A stretch of 64,000 nt of DNA, taken from positions 34,348,001-34,412,000 of the forward strand of contig OZ024754.1 in the NCBI GenBank assembly GCA_964016885.1, read 5' to 3'. Positions 62,350 through 64,000 of this stretch are shown piece after piece. Source of the stretch: Eledone cirrhosa. Taxonomy: Eukaryota. A program made the translations under genes and the position numbers. The stretch's first letter is position 1. Every line of letters starts with the position of its first letter. A model generated the notes under the pieces. That model did no database searches. It saw only the letters and a list, made by a program, of their open reading frames with translations, and was not told where the DNA came from.

Positions 62350-62354
<5 letters not shown>
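61695..62354 (-). mobile_element. HHR-containing non-coding tandem element (retrozyme or Penelope pLTR-like)
   Basis: Direct repeat 61695-61896 / 62123-62326 (period ~428 bp); HHR at 61907-61947; short inverted copy 62327-62354 of 62060-62088; (TA)n on both flanks. Confidence 0.65.
61907..61947 (-). ncRNA. Minimal type I hammerhead ribozyme
   Basis: Minus strand reads CGTTG CTGACGA T AGCT-AATA-AGCT T GAAAC TA GT A CAGCG: both core boxes, stem I CGTTG/CAGCG, stem II, palindromic stem III ACTAGT, GUA cleavage triplet. Confidence 0.8.
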
Positions 62355-62394
<40 letters not shown>

Positions 62395-62395
<1 letters not shown>

Positions 62396-62968
62396 CTGGT
62401 GGTGGAACAGCACAGTAGATAGGGCCATTAGAGACAAAAGACTAGCATGGAAGGCTTGGAAAAAGGGTAGGAGTAGAGAAGGATATACAGCCACTAAGAG
62501 AGAAGCTAGATGTCAGGTATACTTAGCACGCAGGGAGGCTGAGAGTAGGAGGTTTGCCAATGTTCTGTGACGAGAAGATCAGAAGCGTGCGGTGTTCCAC
62601 ATTGCAGTGTGTCAATGCAAATCAAGATGTTGTTGGAGATAAATGTGTCGGGAATGATGCCGGTGTACTTAATGTCACGAATGATCAGAAAAAGGAGGCC
62701 TAGAAATGTCATTATGAGAGACTGATGAATGTGGAGAACGAATGGGAAAGAGAGAAATTACCCTCAGTAGATCCGACAGAGGGACTAGCTATTGAGATTG
62801 ATGAATATAGGATCCAAGAGGCGATTAAGGAAAATAAAAATGGTAAGGCTGCTGGACCGTCGGGGTTAGTTGCTGAGATGCTGAAGGCATCAGGGGACAT
62901 AGGCACTAAACTGGTTGCACGCATCATCAAGCAGGGAAAAGCGGACGTAAAATGATGATGATGATGAT
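62395..62968 (+). mobile_element. Internally deleted RTE LINE (linker region joined directly to the 3' tail)
   Basis: WWNSTVDRAIRDKRLAWKAW..., NGKAAGPSGLVAEMLKASG, then CAAGCAGGGAAAAGCGGACGTAAAA(TGA)n. Confidence 0.75.
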
Positions 62969-62969
62969 A

Positions 62970-63935
62970 TATGGAGGGCGGCTCTCCTAGTAGGGTCCTA
63001 AAATGGTCTAGCCATTTCCCCTTCCTATCCTCGGGCCCAGTTCCCTGGATCTGACTCGAACACCTTCTCTTCCTCCCTGTGATCTCGTTGATGATCATCC
63101 AGCTCTCGTTACATCTAGACCTGCCAACCGCTCTCTCCACACTTCTGATCTTCTCTATCAGTGCCTCCTCTCTGGCCTCAGTGTAAGCGGTACAGAGTTC
63201 TGTCCTCATCGCTTGCACATTCTCCTTCCTCTCCTCCGTAGGATCAGCATAGAATTGGTCCTTGGCAGCTTTCAGGTGTTCTCTGGCTGCACACACTTTG
63301 CTTCTGCCACTGCATTGGTGAAGTACCCGTACCTCCTCGTCACACTCTCCTCAGTCCATCCAATCTTTCTCTCCTCTGTCTCTCCACACAGAGCACTGAA
63401 CCTGTTCCTCACTTCCACTGTGAACCTCTCCTGTAGCTTATCATCTTCCTTGAAAGCTCCCCAGTCATAGATTGCTCTCCGGGGCTGAGCTTTGCTCTTT
63501 CTCAAGCTCACCCGGACCTCACTCATAACACGCCAGTGGTCACTACCCAGTGTACTGAAATAGTTGTATTGTTCTGTGTTCAGAACACTATTCCGCCACT
63601 TTTTCCTCTCTAGAATGAAATCAGTCTGGGACTTGGACAGATGCATATCTGAGATGTAGGTCCACATCTTCCCCAGATTCTTCCTAAACCTTAGGTTGGT
63701 CACTATCAAGTTCGCCTCCAGCAGGGTGTCTCTCAGTAGTCTTCCATTTCGGTTGGTGTTGTTATGGAAGTACCAGCAAGGATCTTCACTGGCCTCCTTA
63801 CTCAGATGTGCATTGAAGTCCCCCAGAACAAGCAGGATGTTGTGTGCTTGTGTGGTGTTGACAGTTCTACACACCTCCTCATGGAACTCTTCCGCACTCA
63901 CATCACTGTCTCCCTCGGTTTCCATTGAAGGTCAC
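62970..63935 (-). mobile_element. LINE fragment with APE endonuclease domain (RTE-like), frameshifted
   Basis: LLVLGDFNAH, NRNGRLL, QTDFIL, SDH motifs in ORF 63272-63925, continuing into ORF 62712-63296. Confidence 0.85.
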
Positions 63936-64000
63936 CCTCAACACTCGCGGGGAGACAGGCATTATTTCCCTCACCAATAGACTGGTTTTTGTGCTGAAAA

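Overview
This is AT-rich, microsatellite- and SINE-dense animal genomic DNA. The repeat landscape suggests an octopod cephalopod (inference). The main gene is RAB3GAP2 on the minus strand: 29 GT-AG exons from the ATG at 48029 down to 10881, phase-consistent, 1125 codons, with the 3' exons lying outside the window. About 600 bp away, head-to-head, is a probable first coding exon of XRCC3 (48638-48686, +). An intronless aldo-keto reductase ORF (58833-59804, +) sits in what is apparently XRCC3 intron 1, and its catalytic His position is Asn. The rest is repeats: a full-length decayed mariner, several MITE families, tRNA-derived SINEs, RTE and Tx1/L1 LINE fragments, a 66-bp minisatellite and many microsatellites. 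The most unusual signal is a set of hammerhead-ribozyme (HHR) motifs in small non-coding elements embedded in (TA)n tracts. These are (a) an intact minimal type I HHR inside a ~428-bp, 1.5x tandem retrozyme-like unit, (b) a 346-bp near-perfect palindrome carrying one HHR on each strand, (c) a family of fold-back elements inverted exactly at HHR stem II, and (d) two degenerate HHRs. All calls come from reading the sequence; no searches or folding programs were run.
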